In this document: positions 8,203 through 18,466 of the stretch, piece by piece | Layout of the letters: each line of letters opens with the position of its first letter | How positions within the stretch are numbered: position 1 is the first letter of the stretch | DNA from: a virus | Lineage: Duplodnaviria > Caudoviricetes | Virus record (IMG/VR): IMGVR_UViG_3300032240_001400 | Span: 1-57,084 of that record | Length of the DNA: 57,084 nt | Strand: one strand, 5' to 3' | Notes under the pieces: generated by a model | Told to the model about the DNA's origin: nothing | What the model saw: only the letters and a program-made list of their open reading frames with translations | The model's database searches: none | Made by a program: the position numbers and the translations under genes

Positions 8203-9234
8203 TTACCAATCTAGTTTTACTCTAATAAGAGCTTCTTTTGTAAAGTCTTTTACAAGAGGTTTAGAAAGTTTAGCAACTGCTAAAAGTTCGTTATTATCAT
8301 TATACATACCAACGGTTGTAGGATATGTTTGAGGACTATTAATAAAGTTAGAATATATCAATGTACCAGATCCTGAGATAAATGAAGGATTTGTTGTATA
8401 ATTATATTCACCATTTTTAATCCTAACAAACACATAATCTGATGATATGGTTTCTTGAGAATTTAATTGAAATGATGCTCCAAGATTAATTGCTTGAAAC
8501 ATTACTTCTCTATTATAATATGAATTATTAGTAGAAATACTAGAAGTAAATGTTAATCCAATTCCTCCACCTGCTGTATTTAATCCCAAAGCTCTTGGAT
8601 TTAAAAGAATTAATCCAATATCTGGAAGCATTAAACCGTAACTACCTGAAGCAGTATATCCTTTTGCAGAAGCTCCTGAAAGTAATGGACTATTTACTGC
8701 TGTTCCATTAGATCCAGATATTATATCAAAAACTCTTCCTCCGTCTAAATAAGTTATAGTAGATACATCATTAGAATTATCTGTAAGTTTTAAAATTGCA
8801 CCACTACCAGATAAAGATATATTAAATGTACCAGGAAAAATAGCCTCTTTATATCTATTTCTATCTATAGCAATAGCAACTAAATCCACAGAAGATGTAT
8901 TTCCAGTTCCAAAATTTACAGCACTTTCTGCATCTCCGTATATTAAGTTTCTATACTGCCCAAATGTAATTCTAGATGGTGTATTTGTTGGGATTAATGA
9001 ATTTAAAGGAACTGATCCATAGCCTAAAGAATGCCCATAAGCTATAGAAAATTGAATAGAGGAAGTTGTAGTTGTTACAGGTGCATTATAAACATCAAGA
9101 TAATAGCTTCCTGTTGTAGATGCTGATGCGGTAAAAAATGAAGACAATATAGTTACTCCTCCGCTCCATGCAGGTGCAGTTACTGAATCTGAAGATACTA
9201 CAAAATCTGTTGGATCTAATTTTGTGAATGACAT
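8203..9234 (-). CDS. virion/baseplate structural protein
   Basis: S/T/G-rich; baseplate block; conserved C-terminal module. Confidence 0.7.
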   Translation of the reverse strand: MSFTKLDPTDFVVSSDSVTAPAWSGGVTILSSFFTASASTTGSYYLDVYNAPVTTTTSSIQFSIAYGHSLGYGSVPLNSLIPTNTPSRITFGQYRNLIYGDAESAVNFGTGNTSSVDLVAIAIDRNRYKEAIFPGTFNISLSGSGAILKLTDNSNDVSTITYLDGGRVFDIISGSNGTAVNSPLLSGASAKGYTASGSYGLMLPDIGLILLNPRALGLNTAGGGIGLTFTSSISTNNSYYNREVMFQAINLGASFQLNSQETISSDYVFVRIKNGEYNYTTNPSFISGSGTLIYSNFINSPQTYPTTVGMYNDNNELLAVAKLSKPLVKDFTKEALIRVKLDW

Positions 9235-9244
9235 ATTCTATTTA

Positions 9245-9904
9245 TTATGATGATACTTTTACAATTGTTACAGGAATACTAATTCTTGCTCCAGAGTCAC
9301 GACCAACAACCACAAGTGTTGTATATAGAGAGGTATTAGATCCGAATAATGTGTTTACGGTAGTTGCTGTAATATTAATGGTAGTTCCTATAACAGTCTT
9401 ACTAACATTTGTACCTATTGTAGTTGTTGAATTTAAAGTGGTTGCCTCAGCAGTATTTATACCTACACCATTAAATGTAGACATAGTCCTTACATCACCT
9501 ATAGTAGCTATATAACCAGATTGCTCAAACGTAGATGTAGCCCCAAGATAATTTAAAGTTTGAGGAGTAATTGAAAGTGACGCTCCTTGCTTTATTGTAA
9601 TATTAGTATATCCAAGATCAAGAACTGGGATTTTAGCTGTTCCTCTAGGAAGAGTTATCAACTTGTATTTCATAATCTCCTGATCATTAGGATAAGCTTG
9701 AAGTATTGGCATTGCTTCAATAGCCTCTCCATAAAAAGCAGATCCTGAGGGGTGGTAAGGATTATATAAAGTATAATCTACTTCATCATCTGATAGTGAA
9801 AATTGCGTAATTTTAAAAGAGCCATCATTGCGAGCAAGAAGCTCTCTTCCTTTTTTTGTAAGGATGGCGTCAACTATTACAGATGTATTACTTAAATATG
9901 ACAT
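9245..9904 (-). CDS. virion structural protein
   Basis: DAILTKKGRELLA...ITQFSLSDDEVDY N-terminus; late motif upstream. Confidence 0.7.
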   Translation of the reverse strand: MSYLSNTSVIVDAILTKKGRELLARNDGSFKITQFSLSDDEVDYTLYNPYHPSGSAFYGEAIEAMPILQAYPNDQEIMKYKLITLPRGTAKIPVLDLGYTNITIKQGASLSITPQTLNYLGATSTFEQSGYIATIGDVRTMSTFNGVGINTAEATTLNSTTTIGTNVSKTVIGTTINITATTVNTLFGSNTSLYTTLVVVGRDSGARISIPVTIVKVSS

Positions 9905-9921
9905 ATAATTTGCGCTTTTAA

Positions 9922-9929
9922 ATAAATAT
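9922..9929 (-). promoter_or_regulatory. putative late promoter ATATTTAT
   Basis: Upstream of the ATG at 9904. Confidence 0.6.
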
Positions 9930-9953
9930 TATGAATTCGAGTTTTAATTTAAT

Positions 9954-12900
9954 CTAACTAAAAACCACAGTATTTTTATCTGGATTAATAAGATTTTGTT
10001 GTTTAAGTGCTTTTACAGTATTACCTGAATTTTGTTTTACATTGGGATCTATATATTGAGGGAATAGAAGTCCATTTTCAACTATGCTAGAATCTTTAGG
10101 ATTATATCTAAGCATTACGTTAGTTTCATCTGGGACATGTTTCCATAAAATATATCTACATGCTCTGTAAAAAGATTTTGTTGTGGCATCAGGAGTAACA
10201 CTCTGAGTTACAAATAAAGCTAAGTTAGCTGATCTATCAAGCTCTACTAAAAGTCTAGATCCAGTGGTTCCTAAAGATCCAGTAGTTGTTACACTTTTTA
10301 CTACGTATTCAAATCTTTCATCCCAAGCAAGTCTTGAAGACGAATCGTACAAAGATATTCTATCTCCTACTGTAGGACTAAACGGAAGAATAACTGTTTC
10401 TAAACTAGAACCAGCCCAATAAGGATCTGATGTTGAATCAAAAGTAAATCCTGGATCTACATAATTGTTTGCAATAACATTATTAAACACTAATTGATTA
10501 GATCCTGTTAAATAATATAAACAAGCTTGAGAACTAGTTATATTTGTAGTATAAAACGTGTATGTAGTAGTAACATCGCCACCACCTCCGCCGCCTCCGC
10601 TTCCAGCGTCAATTGAAGTTATAGATACAAAACAATTTGGAACTGAGAACGGAGGATATGGAGGCCAATGTGAAGGGGTTGATGTAAAAGAACTCCATCC
10701 TGATCCATTTCCAGTAGGTGTATATCCAGTCATAGTTGGGAAACCAGCTGGTTGTAAAATACCATTCGGATCAGCAACTATACTGTATCCTCCTTTATTA
10801 CCAGTAGCAATTGAAACGTCAATTAAATTTGGAGAGGCAGCTGTACACCCACTAAAACTAAAAATGTTTAAATAATTACTAGTATGTATAGTTACAGGAT
10901 AAGGAGGATTACTACCACCGCCAATGTAAGAAGCAGAAACATATAATTGATATCCGGACGTATTAGATCCTCCATCATAATTTTCATATGACCATAATGA
11001 AACAGACCAGTTTTCTTCTTGAAGCCATGGATCTTCAGGTTGTGGAGTAGTTCCACCACCGCCGCCACCGCTGCCTCCTGTAGTTACTGTTATGTTTTGA
11101 GGTATAGGAGAAGTTAATAAATAATTTTGATATGGTGCTGATCCACTTACATTATGAAGTACGGGTAAGTATCTAAATCCTCCTTCAAATATAGGAAGAG
11201 TTGGATTATCCGCTAGTTGCTGAGTGTACCAGTTCTTTTCATCATATTCAAATAGAGATATATCTGTAGTTTCTCCTGACTTAAATATGTTTTGAACTGA
11301 AAATATATTAAAGTTTGCCTTTGTTAGGTCTAATACATTTTGATTATCATCTATGACGTATTTTATCTGCGCATTAGATCTACCAGGTAAAAACATAGAA
11401 GAAGAATAGATATCAATAAGATATGCGTATTGATATTTTATTTTATCTATTGCAGCTGTTTTACCATAAGAAGAATCTCCTAAAGACCATGACGTATAGT
11501 ATTGACTTATTGTTTTTGATCCTTCATATCTAGGTATTGTAGACCTCTTTAATTCGTAATTATAGTCTTGAACCATTGCATAAGGACTCATAGGATCAAT
11601 ATAATCAGCATAATTATTTATCTGTGAATCATTAATAGACTTTGTAATTATACCAAAATTTATAGGCTTTAATTGGTTTGTGCTATAATCAAGATCCCAA
11701 AGATATATAGATCTTACAGAGTCTGTTACATTTTGATATAAAGGACTAAGTGAATATGTTACATAAAGACCAGCAGCTGGTTTACTAGATATTTCTTTTT
11801 GGCTAAATACAGGCGAATGTTTAACAACTATATTTGAACCACTAAATTGACCAGTATATTTTTCTACATTTTGTGAACTAGAATAAGGAACTCCACCTAA
11901 AGAAGTGACAAGTAATCCAGACCAGTTAGTATTCGAGGATGGAGAAATCATTCCTCCATCAGATGCAGATACATTGAGTAGATCTATAGATTGTGAATAG
12001 TTTTGGAAAGTAGCACTAGGTTCATGTCTAGCGTATTTATTCCTCTCTAGCATATGAGATTTTACAATAATACCTGTGGAAACATTTGCTCTAGCAGGTA
12101 CATAGTCTTTGATCATTTTGAACAAAGAGTTATTATAAAATTTAATAAGCCTTATATATTCCCAAACACTATTTGGTTGAGTATAAGTTAAAAAATATGC
12201 GTTACTAGAACTAACTAAACTAGAATACGAAGAAGAATATTGATCCTTAGGATTTCCTATTAATTGATTTATATCAAATGTTCCTAATGATGAAGATATA
12301 TTATTGTTTATAGTATTTGCAGGAGAAAATCCAACTTCAACAGCTGTACTATTTATTCTATTATTTTTATCATAATGTTGAATAGTAGTATATGGAGATA
12401 ATACAGAAGCAGATAATGCAACACTTCCTGTAACATTTCCAAAACTTCCTGTATCAATAGATACTTTATACTGAGTTGTATCTAGATCAAAAACTCCATC
12501 AAAAGAATTTGCTGGCTGGCCTCCAAATTCATAAATTCCTAATATATCTGAAGGTACACCAAAAGAACTTATTAGAGCTTTAACTCCTCTTTGAGTACCT
12601 TTTGTTTTTAATAGATACGGTAAATTATGATAAAGTCTTTTATATATTTCATCTTGTATTGTTGCTGAAGGAAGGGTTGTTAAACTAGAAGTAACGTAGT
12701 TAGTAATTAGTTCAGATCCAGTTGGAGGAAGTAAACTTCCATCATCATTAATACCAAATAAAGTATAATATAAATTATCAGATACGTTTGAATTAGTGTA
12801 TAATTGAATACCTAGACCTCTAAGCGCGTCTGAAACTATATCTAATGAAATACCTGTATTAGGATTATTTGTTGCATTATACCTATTAGAAAGATCTTTA

Positions 12901-14264
12901 TAATATACCCAGATATTATCAAAATGTTGTCCAATCATGTCAATAAATGTTACATACGGATCATTATTTGGATCGTCTAAAAGATATTGAGGTATTGAAC
13001 TATGAAGAAGATCTTTATTAGTAGCATCATAATAAGAAGCAGAAAATAATAAAGATTGTGTAGTTGCATTAGGACTGGTTGTGGAAGATCCTAAAAAACT
13101 TAATGCTCTAGATGAAGTTACTGAATATAAAGAATAGGGTTGTGTGCTTGTTGATTTTGGCCAAGCCCAACTAGATGAATTAAAATATAAAAAGTATTCA
13201 TATATATCGAACTTTTCTATTATATTATTAATAGAAGATTGTATAGTATTAATAGATCCTGAAGCAATGGAAGAATTAGCTGTACTACCAGCTACAATTT
13301 GTTGCTGAGATATTTGAGAGTTGTAGGATTCTATAAGTCCTAACTTATAAACAAAATTATTTACCCTTTCAGTAGCACTTGAGAAATGTATAAAGTTAGA
13401 AAAATCACTATAGTCTAAATTAAGTTCTATTGATTTATCTTGGTAATAGCTCATCAATTTTTGATAAGATGAACTTATTGGACTTGAAAATAAAGAATTA
13501 TAACTATAGTATGGAGTAGTTTGGCCATTTTTACTATTTATAGCTACATTAAAATTTGGTCCTCTAAGACTATTTAAATTTTGAGCTATAGAAGTTTCTA
13601 CAGTTATGCTAACATTAAAACTAACTGACTCTGCTATTTTATCAACTATCCAAAGTTGAGTTTTAATATCATATTGTGTAGGTAGAGCTTCATATAATTT
13701 TATTAACAAATACCCTCCTAAATCATCCTCATAGTATACAACATTTTCAGCTATTACTGTTTGATTATTTCCAAAATTCAAATAGAATATAGGATAATAA
13801 TTTTTAGTAGCAATATAAGCTTGATAAACTGAAAGTCCAGATTTTATATCTTGAGAACTTATAGTTTGAGAAGATAATTTTAATTCTGTTCTAGAGGTAG
13901 AAATTTCTTTAATCCAGTAGAACTTACCGAATGAAGAATTAAATAAGTTTCTATAAAAATTATATTGAGCATTTAAATTTCCTCTATTATATCCTTTATT
14001 TCTAAGATCAGTTTCAGGATCTAAAGTTATACTAGAGTAAGTACTATTTTTAGGATTTGCAGTAAGATAAGGATAATAATTTCTAGCATCATAATCTGAT
14101 TCTAAAAGATTACCAACTTCATCGTAAACATATAATTCTACATAATCGTTTACATCTCCAAATTGAGCATTTATATAATTTGAAGTAACTAATTGTTTAT
14201 CTAAAACAGATAAATCTTGACTTGATATCCCTTGCCCGTTATATGTTATATTTACTAACTCCAT
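9954..14264 (-). CDS. large baseplate wedge protein (T4 gp7-like)
   Basis: FIDMIGQHFDNIW and LPYLLKTKGTQRGVKALISSFG (gp7/P2 gpI-type KGT motif); near gp6- and gp25-like genes. Confidence 0.65.
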   Translation of the reverse strand: MELVNITYNGQGISSQDLSVLDKQLVTSNYINAQFGDVNDYVELYVYDEVGNLLESDYDARNYYPYLTANPKNSTYSSITLDPETDLRNKGYNRGNLNAQYNFYRNLFNSSFGKFYWIKEISTSRTELKLSSQTISSQDIKSGLSVYQAYIATKNYYPIFYLNFGNNQTVIAENVVYYEDDLGGYLLIKLYEALPTQYDIKTQLWIVDKIAESVSFNVSITVETSIAQNLNSLRGPNFNVAINSKNGQTTPYYSYNSLFSSPISSSYQKLMSYYQDKSIELNLDYSDFSNFIHFSSATERVNNFVYKLGLIESYNSQISQQQIVAGSTANSSIASGSINTIQSSINNIIEKFDIYEYFLYFNSSSWAWPKSTSTQPYSLYSVTSSRALSFLGSSTTSPNATTQSLLFSASYYDATNKDLLHSSIPQYLLDDPNNDPYVTFIDMIGQHFDNIWVYYKDLSNRYNATNNPNTGISLDIVSDALRGLGIQLYTNSNVSDNLYYTLFGINDDGSLLPPTGSELITNYVTSSLTTLPSATIQDEIYKRLYHNLPYLLKTKGTQRGVKALISSFGVPSDILGIYEFGGQPANSFDGVFDLDTTQYKVSIDTGSFGNVTGSVALSASVLSPYTTIQHYDKNNRINSTAVEVGFSPANTINNNISSSLGTFDINQLIGNPKDQYSSSYSSLVSSSNAYFLTYTQPNSVWEYIRLIKFYNNSLFKMIKDYVPARANVSTGIIVKSHMLERNKYARHEPSATFQNYSQSIDLLNVSASDGGMISPSSNTNWSGLLVTSLGGVPYSSSQNVEKYTGQFSGSNIVVKHSPVFSQKEISSKPAAGLYVTYSLSPLYQNVTDSVRSIYLWDLDYSTNQLKPINFGIITKSINDSQINNYADYIDPMSPYAMVQDYNYELKRSTIPRYEGSKTISQYYTSWSLGDSSYGKTAAIDKIKYQYAYLIDIYSSSMFLPGRSNAQIKYVIDDNQNVLDLTKANFNIFSVQNIFKSGETTDISLFEYDEKNWYTQQLADNPTLPIFEGGFRYLPVLHNVSGSAPYQNYLLTSPIPQNITVTTGGSGGGGGGTTPQPEDPWLQEENWSVSLWSYENYDGGSNTSGYQLYVSASYIGGGSNPPYPVTIHTSNYLNIFSFSGCTAASPNLIDVSIATGNKGGYSIVADPNGILQPAGFPTMTGYTPTGNGSGWSSFTSTPSHWPPYPPFSVPNCFVSITSIDAGSGGGGGGGDVTTTYTFYTTNITSSQACLYYLTGSNQLVFNNVIANNYVDPGFTFDSTSDPYWAGSSLETVILPFSPTVGDRISLYDSSSRLAWDERFEYVVKSVTTTGSLGTTGSRLLVELDRSANLALFVTQSVTPDATTKSFYRACRYILWKHVPDETNVMLRYNPKDSSIVENGLLFPQYIDPNVKQNSGNTVKALKQQNLINPDKNTVVFS

Positions 14265-14602
14265 TATAGTATGTTGTTAATATTTGTGAAATTTTGATTT
14301 AGATCTAATAATTGTTGCCTCAATGAGTTTATCTCTTCAATCAATGCTTGTTTCTCAGCATCAATTACAGATCCTCCTATATATTGTTGACTTCTTTGTA
14401 CTAAATAAACATGTGAATTTATTGTTCCATCAACAGGTATATTAAAAAAAAGTTGGTCGTAGTAATTAAAAAAATCATCAACAGTAACTGAACTTGTTGT
14501 ATCATTTACAGCTGGAGATAATAACTCACTAAAACTTGTATCAATAGCTTTAGTATACGTGTTTATTCCATATACTTGTTTAGTCAAATCCACATTTGCC
14601 AT
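14264..14602 (-). CDS. virion-associated hypothetical protein
   Basis: 112 aa, TAATG coupling on both sides. Confidence 0.7.
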   Translation of the reverse strand: MANVDLTKQVYGINTYTKAIDTSFSELLSPAVNDTTSSVTVDDFFNYYDQLFFNIPVDGTINSHVYLVQRSQQYIGGSVIDAEKQALIEEINSLRQQLLDLNQNFTNINNIL

Positions 14603-15708
14603 TATCTAGCTATTTTAAATATTAAGTTGTTATCTATATCAATTGACTCTCCATCATCTAATTGTGTCCTAATAAGAATTTTATAATAACGATCTGGCTC
14701 AAGTCCATTCATGTACATATAAAAATAACTATTAGTTCCATCACAACTTATTTTTGTATAGCTAGTATCAAAATCAACAACAAATTCTTCTGTTTTTGCA
14801 TCTTGTAATGCCCAATAAGATGTTTGAGGAAGTGCCTTATTTGATGTATATAATGAAGCTGTTGTAAATACCCTAACTGGATATTTGTCTCTTGCGTTAA
14901 TTAAAAACTTATATTTGCCAGTGGTTAATTTAAAAGACTCTTGATTATTTCCTAAAGTGATTACTGAATTATTGCTGTTTATAACTGATAAACTTCCTGT
15001 TGTATACGAACTATCATCCCATTTTATTTCTAATGTTGGAGGATATATTGTGTGAGTATCAACTGAAAAGAAACTCAATGCTATATAACTACCTGAACTT
15101 TGTTCTACGTAATCTTTATGTTTTACTAAGAATCCATAATTTCCTTTGGATCCACTAAACCAAGTATCAACCATAGAAGTTACGTCAACATTTATATCCT
15201 TATTATCAGAATATCCAAATGATTGAGTAGTGTAGTTTGCTGTCCACGAACCTCCACCAGGGGTTAAATAGTAAGTTCCAGAACCCCAGCTATTGGTACT
15301 AGTAGTATATTGATTAGGACTATACCAACATGCACCATTCCTTGTTTCAGGAGAATCGGAAGCTTTACCAGTTCCCATTTGCCATGCTTGATAAGCTTGC
15401 CTAATTTCTAAACTATATGAAGTATTAAGATTCTCCGCATTAGCTAAATATAATCTTAAATTACTTTTCCATGAACCTGTTGTATATTTTTTTAAAGTAG
15501 CTAAATCACTATCAGAAAATGTTACTATTGATCTTCTTAAATCATCTTGAAGAAGTGGAGAAGACGGTACTGGATCTACAAAATAGTTAAGTGGTGTCTC
15601 ATAATTTTTTACTGCCACCTCTAATATTTCATCTAGCCCAGCATTTTTTGCAGGAGCATTAGAATATAGTGTTGTATCAGCTGAAGCGAATATTTTATAT
15701 ACTGCCAT
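14602..15708 (-). CDS. baseplate-associated protein, DNRLRE/CBM96-like domain
   Basis: ADTTLYS...LRLYL...VDVTSMVDTW...NYGFLVK...F.S......PTLEIKW pattern. Confidence 0.6.
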   Translation of the reverse strand: MAVYKIFASADTTLYSNAPAKNAGLDEILEVAVKNYETPLNYFVDPVPSSPLLQDDLRRSIVTFSDSDLATLKKYTTGSWKSNLRLYLANAENLNTSYSLEIRQAYQAWQMGTGKASDSPETRNGACWYSPNQYTTSTNSWGSGTYYLTPGGGSWTANYTTQSFGYSDNKDINVDVTSMVDTWFSGSKGNYGFLVKHKDYVEQSSGSYIALSFFSVDTHTIYPPTLEIKWDDSSYTTGSLSVINSNNSVITLGNNQESFKLTTGKYKFLINARDKYPVRVFTTASLYTSNKALPQTSYWALQDAKTEEFVVDFDTSYTKISCDGTNSYFYMYMNGLEPDRYYKILIRTQLDDGESIDIDNNLIFKIAR

Positions 15709-15718
15709 TTTTTATCTT

Positions 15719-17575
15719 TTACATTGTTACTACACGACCTTGTATATCAGTGTTAGGATATTTTAATTCAAAAATAGATGGATCTAGTGAAGGATAAACA
15801 ACTCCATTTAAAGTACCAGCTTGAATATCATAAGCATATTTTGAATAACCTGATGATTCTCCTGTTTTATTTACAATATCTATTTTTTTAACAGTTTGAA
15901 CTCCTTCAACTTGATCTAATAAAGAATATACTTCACCTAATATTATAGGTTCATTCATTTGCCAATTACCTGTATTAAAATAATCTTGAAGTTGAGTTAT
16001 ACATCTTGCTATAACATCTTGACTTGTATAGTTTGGTCTTATAATGATATCAAAATTACATCCAATATTAATAATGTATCCAGGCTTTATATTAATAGAG
16101 TCTGTCATCATTCTATAATCAGAGATGTATGTCTGTACATTTTTAAGAAGTGCAGGTGATGGATAAGCTAAATTTCCTACTGAATCTAATCCTAATAAGT
16201 ACATGCTTACTAAAACTTGATCTTTTTGACTAGGATCAGCATTCATATAGTTTGCAAAAGTAGCATCATCTTTTGTCATGAATACTTTTGACACTGTTCC
16301 ATATTGAGATGGCATACTCATAACCCTAGCTAAATAATCTTGCTGAGTTACTGCTCTTAATTGGCTTGGAAATTCAGATGCTATATTTAATCTTAATTCT
16401 TCAACAGAATCTCCGTCTCCTCCACCAACAGCAGCATTTACATTATTTGTGGCTATTGTATTTTGGTATGTTGTATTTCCTGTTACGCTATAAGAAAATA
16501 TCTGAGTTAATTGATTTGACAATACATTTGCTGCAGCACCACCTCCAACAAGATACTGGAATGTTATAGTTGTATTCTTAGGAGCAAGTCCATAAGTTTG
16601 TGTAGTTACAAAGTTAGTAGGATCAAAAGAACTAGATAAAGTACTAAGACCTCCTCCTGTTAAACCAACACTTACATTATTAGGATTTGGTAAAACTGCT
16701 GTATCTGCAACTGAATTTATACCAGATCCAAATTCTATTTCTAATATGCCTGAACTTCTGAATCTAGATACAAACCTTCTATGGACTTGTACTTTTTGAA
16801 TCATATAAGGAACCTGGTTAGCATATTGATATAAGCTAGGATAGTTTGTAGCAGTATTTTGTACAGGTTGTAATATATAATCTTGTGCTAAATAAGGTAC
16901 TTCATACCATGTATTACCATTAGAATCTTTGGCATCTAAAATAGAGATTATAGAACTGTCTTGTATTGTTATTGTAGAAAATCTTTGAGCAGCACTAAAA
17001 GTGAATGCCTGAGTTTTAACTTGACCAGAAATAGCTTGGGCTGTTTTCTTTAATAAATACCTTGTAGGATTATTTGATCCATCTACAGTATATACGCTAA
17101 TGTCTGTTGGATCATATGAAGATGAAGTAGAAAAATCTACTTTTTGAGGAATATAAAATAATATTGATGGATTAACATTTGACTTTATTTGCATTCCTTG
17201 ATTAACAGTCATACAATATGAGAAGTCAGGTATTATAGCGCTTCCAGAGATTACTGATGGTATTTGTTGATAAACATCCACATCTACAATTGCAGCAGAA
17301 GTTACTTTAGGTCTATAGCCTAACATATAAGCCATAGTATAAAGATTATTTTTCTGTTTAGCGTATTGTAAAAACGTCTCTTGTAATTGATTGTCAAGAT
17401 AGAAAGACAATACATCTCCAACATAAGAAGCCATTTCAATAAACATACTTCCAGGAGAAGGCTGGCTAAAATCATTATACACAGTAGGATAATACGATTT
17501 AGCATACTCTATCAAATCTGATTTAAAAGAGTTAAAATCCTTATTTAGATATTTTATGTCTACTTGATTAGGCAT
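15719..17575 (-). CDS. baseplate wedge subunit (T4 gp6 / baseplate J-like)
   Basis: KDFNSFKSDL, ASYVGDVLSFYLD, AYMLGYRP, IEFGSG, GGGDGDSVEELR, RAVTQQDY. Confidence 0.9.
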   Translation of the reverse strand: MPNQVDIKYLNKDFNSFKSDLIEYAKSYYPTVYNDFSQPSPGSMFIEMASYVGDVLSFYLDNQLQETFLQYAKQKNNLYTMAYMLGYRPKVTSAAIVDVDVYQQIPSVISGSAIIPDFSYCMTVNQGMQIKSNVNPSILFYIPQKVDFSTSSSYDPTDISVYTVDGSNNPTRYLLKKTAQAISGQVKTQAFTFSAAQRFSTITIQDSSIISILDAKDSNGNTWYEVPYLAQDYILQPVQNTATNYPSLYQYANQVPYMIQKVQVHRRFVSRFRSSGILEIEFGSGINSVADTAVLPNPNNVSVGLTGGGLSTLSSSFDPTNFVTTQTYGLAPKNTTITFQYLVGGGAAANVLSNQLTQIFSYSVTGNTTYQNTIATNNVNAAVGGGDGDSVEELRLNIASEFPSQLRAVTQQDYLARVMSMPSQYGTVSKVFMTKDDATFANYMNADPSQKDQVLVSMYLLGLDSVGNLAYPSPALLKNVQTYISDYRMMTDSINIKPGYIINIGCNFDIIIRPNYTSQDVIARCITQLQDYFNTGNWQMNEPIILGEVYSLLDQVEGVQTVKKIDIVNKTGESSGYSKYAYDIQAGTLNGVVYPSLDPSIFELKYPNTDIQGRVVTM

Positions 17576-17577
17576 TT

Positions 17578-17991
17578 TTACATATTTTGTATTGTCAATA
17601 TGACTGAGTCATTTTCATTTGATCTTAATAATCTGTAACTAAATTTTATGTTTATAGAATTATAATCTGGATTGCCTATAATATCTAAGGTAGTAACTTG
17701 TATTTGAGGAAAATAATTTTCCATCTGGGTCATTATAGATTGCTTAAGATCATCAAATGACTGTTGGGAAATTTGCTCAAATAACCTAGATCTAAGTCCC
17801 GCTCCAAAAGTAGGATTCATAGGCCTCTCTCTAGGATCAGTTAAAAGATAATTTATTATATTGTATTTAATCTGTTCTTTGGTTGTATATACAGAAGTAA
17901 ATACATTATCTGCCATGAAAGGTAGTTTAACACCTATAGCAGTAGATGGTTTTAAGTCTAACGGTGATATTTGCTTAATTCCGTATGCCAT
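17578..17991 (-). CDS. baseplate protein, GPW/gp25 family
   Basis: QIKYNIINYLLTDPRERPMNPTFGAGLRSRLFE. Confidence 0.9.
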   Translation of the reverse strand: MAYGIKQISPLDLKPSTAIGVKLPFMADNVFTSVYTTKEQIKYNIINYLLTDPRERPMNPTFGAGLRSRLFEQISQQSFDDLKQSIMTQMENYFPQIQVTTLDIIGNPDYNSINIKFSYRLLRSNENDSVILTIQNM

Positions 17992-18434
17992 TAAATTTCA
18001 CCTCTTTCTTTAAGTTTACTCATTAATCCTGAAAAGTCTGGAACCTCATTTATTTGAACAGCGTCTAGATTTGAACTAGGTCTTGCTGTACCTAACATCC
18101 CTTGAACAGATCCTACAGAAGCTTCTTTTGGTTGAAAACCTAATCCTGGTAAAACATTATCTGAGGTCATACTAAAATCCTCATTAATCATAGATTTAGC
18201 TGTATCATTAAGAAATGCAGCCATAGGATTATTTGGAGCAAAATTAACCTTAGGTTTTATCGGAGCTGTATTTAAAGTCCCAGGAATCTTAGCTTTTACT
18301 TGTTCTTGAAGATTCTTTTTTTGGTCTACCATAATAGGAGCCTTATGTTCCATAAGAATCTTAGGAAGCTCTTCTTTAAGAACAGTTCGTAACTCTTCTC
18401 TTATAAGTTTTCTTAATTGGTCTACTTGTCCCAT
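17991..18434 (-). CDS. hypothetical protein, candidate head/virion protein
   Basis: LRKLIREELRTVLKEE leader; late motif 5 nt upstream. Confidence 0.7.
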   Translation of the reverse strand: MGQVDQLRKLIREELRTVLKEELPKILMEHKAPIMVDQKKNLQEQVKAKIPGTLNTAPIKPKVNFAPNNPMAAFLNDTAKSMINEDFSMTSDNVLPGLGFQPKEASVGSVQGMLGTARPSSNLDAVQINEVPDFSGLMSKLKERGEI

Positions 18435-18439
18435 ATCTT

Positions 18440-18447
18440 ATAAATAT
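18440..18447 (-). promoter_or_regulatory. putative late promoter ATATTTAT
   Basis: 5 nt upstream of the ATG at 18434. Confidence 0.6.
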
Positions 18448-18466
18448 TGTTTTGATAATTTTTTGT

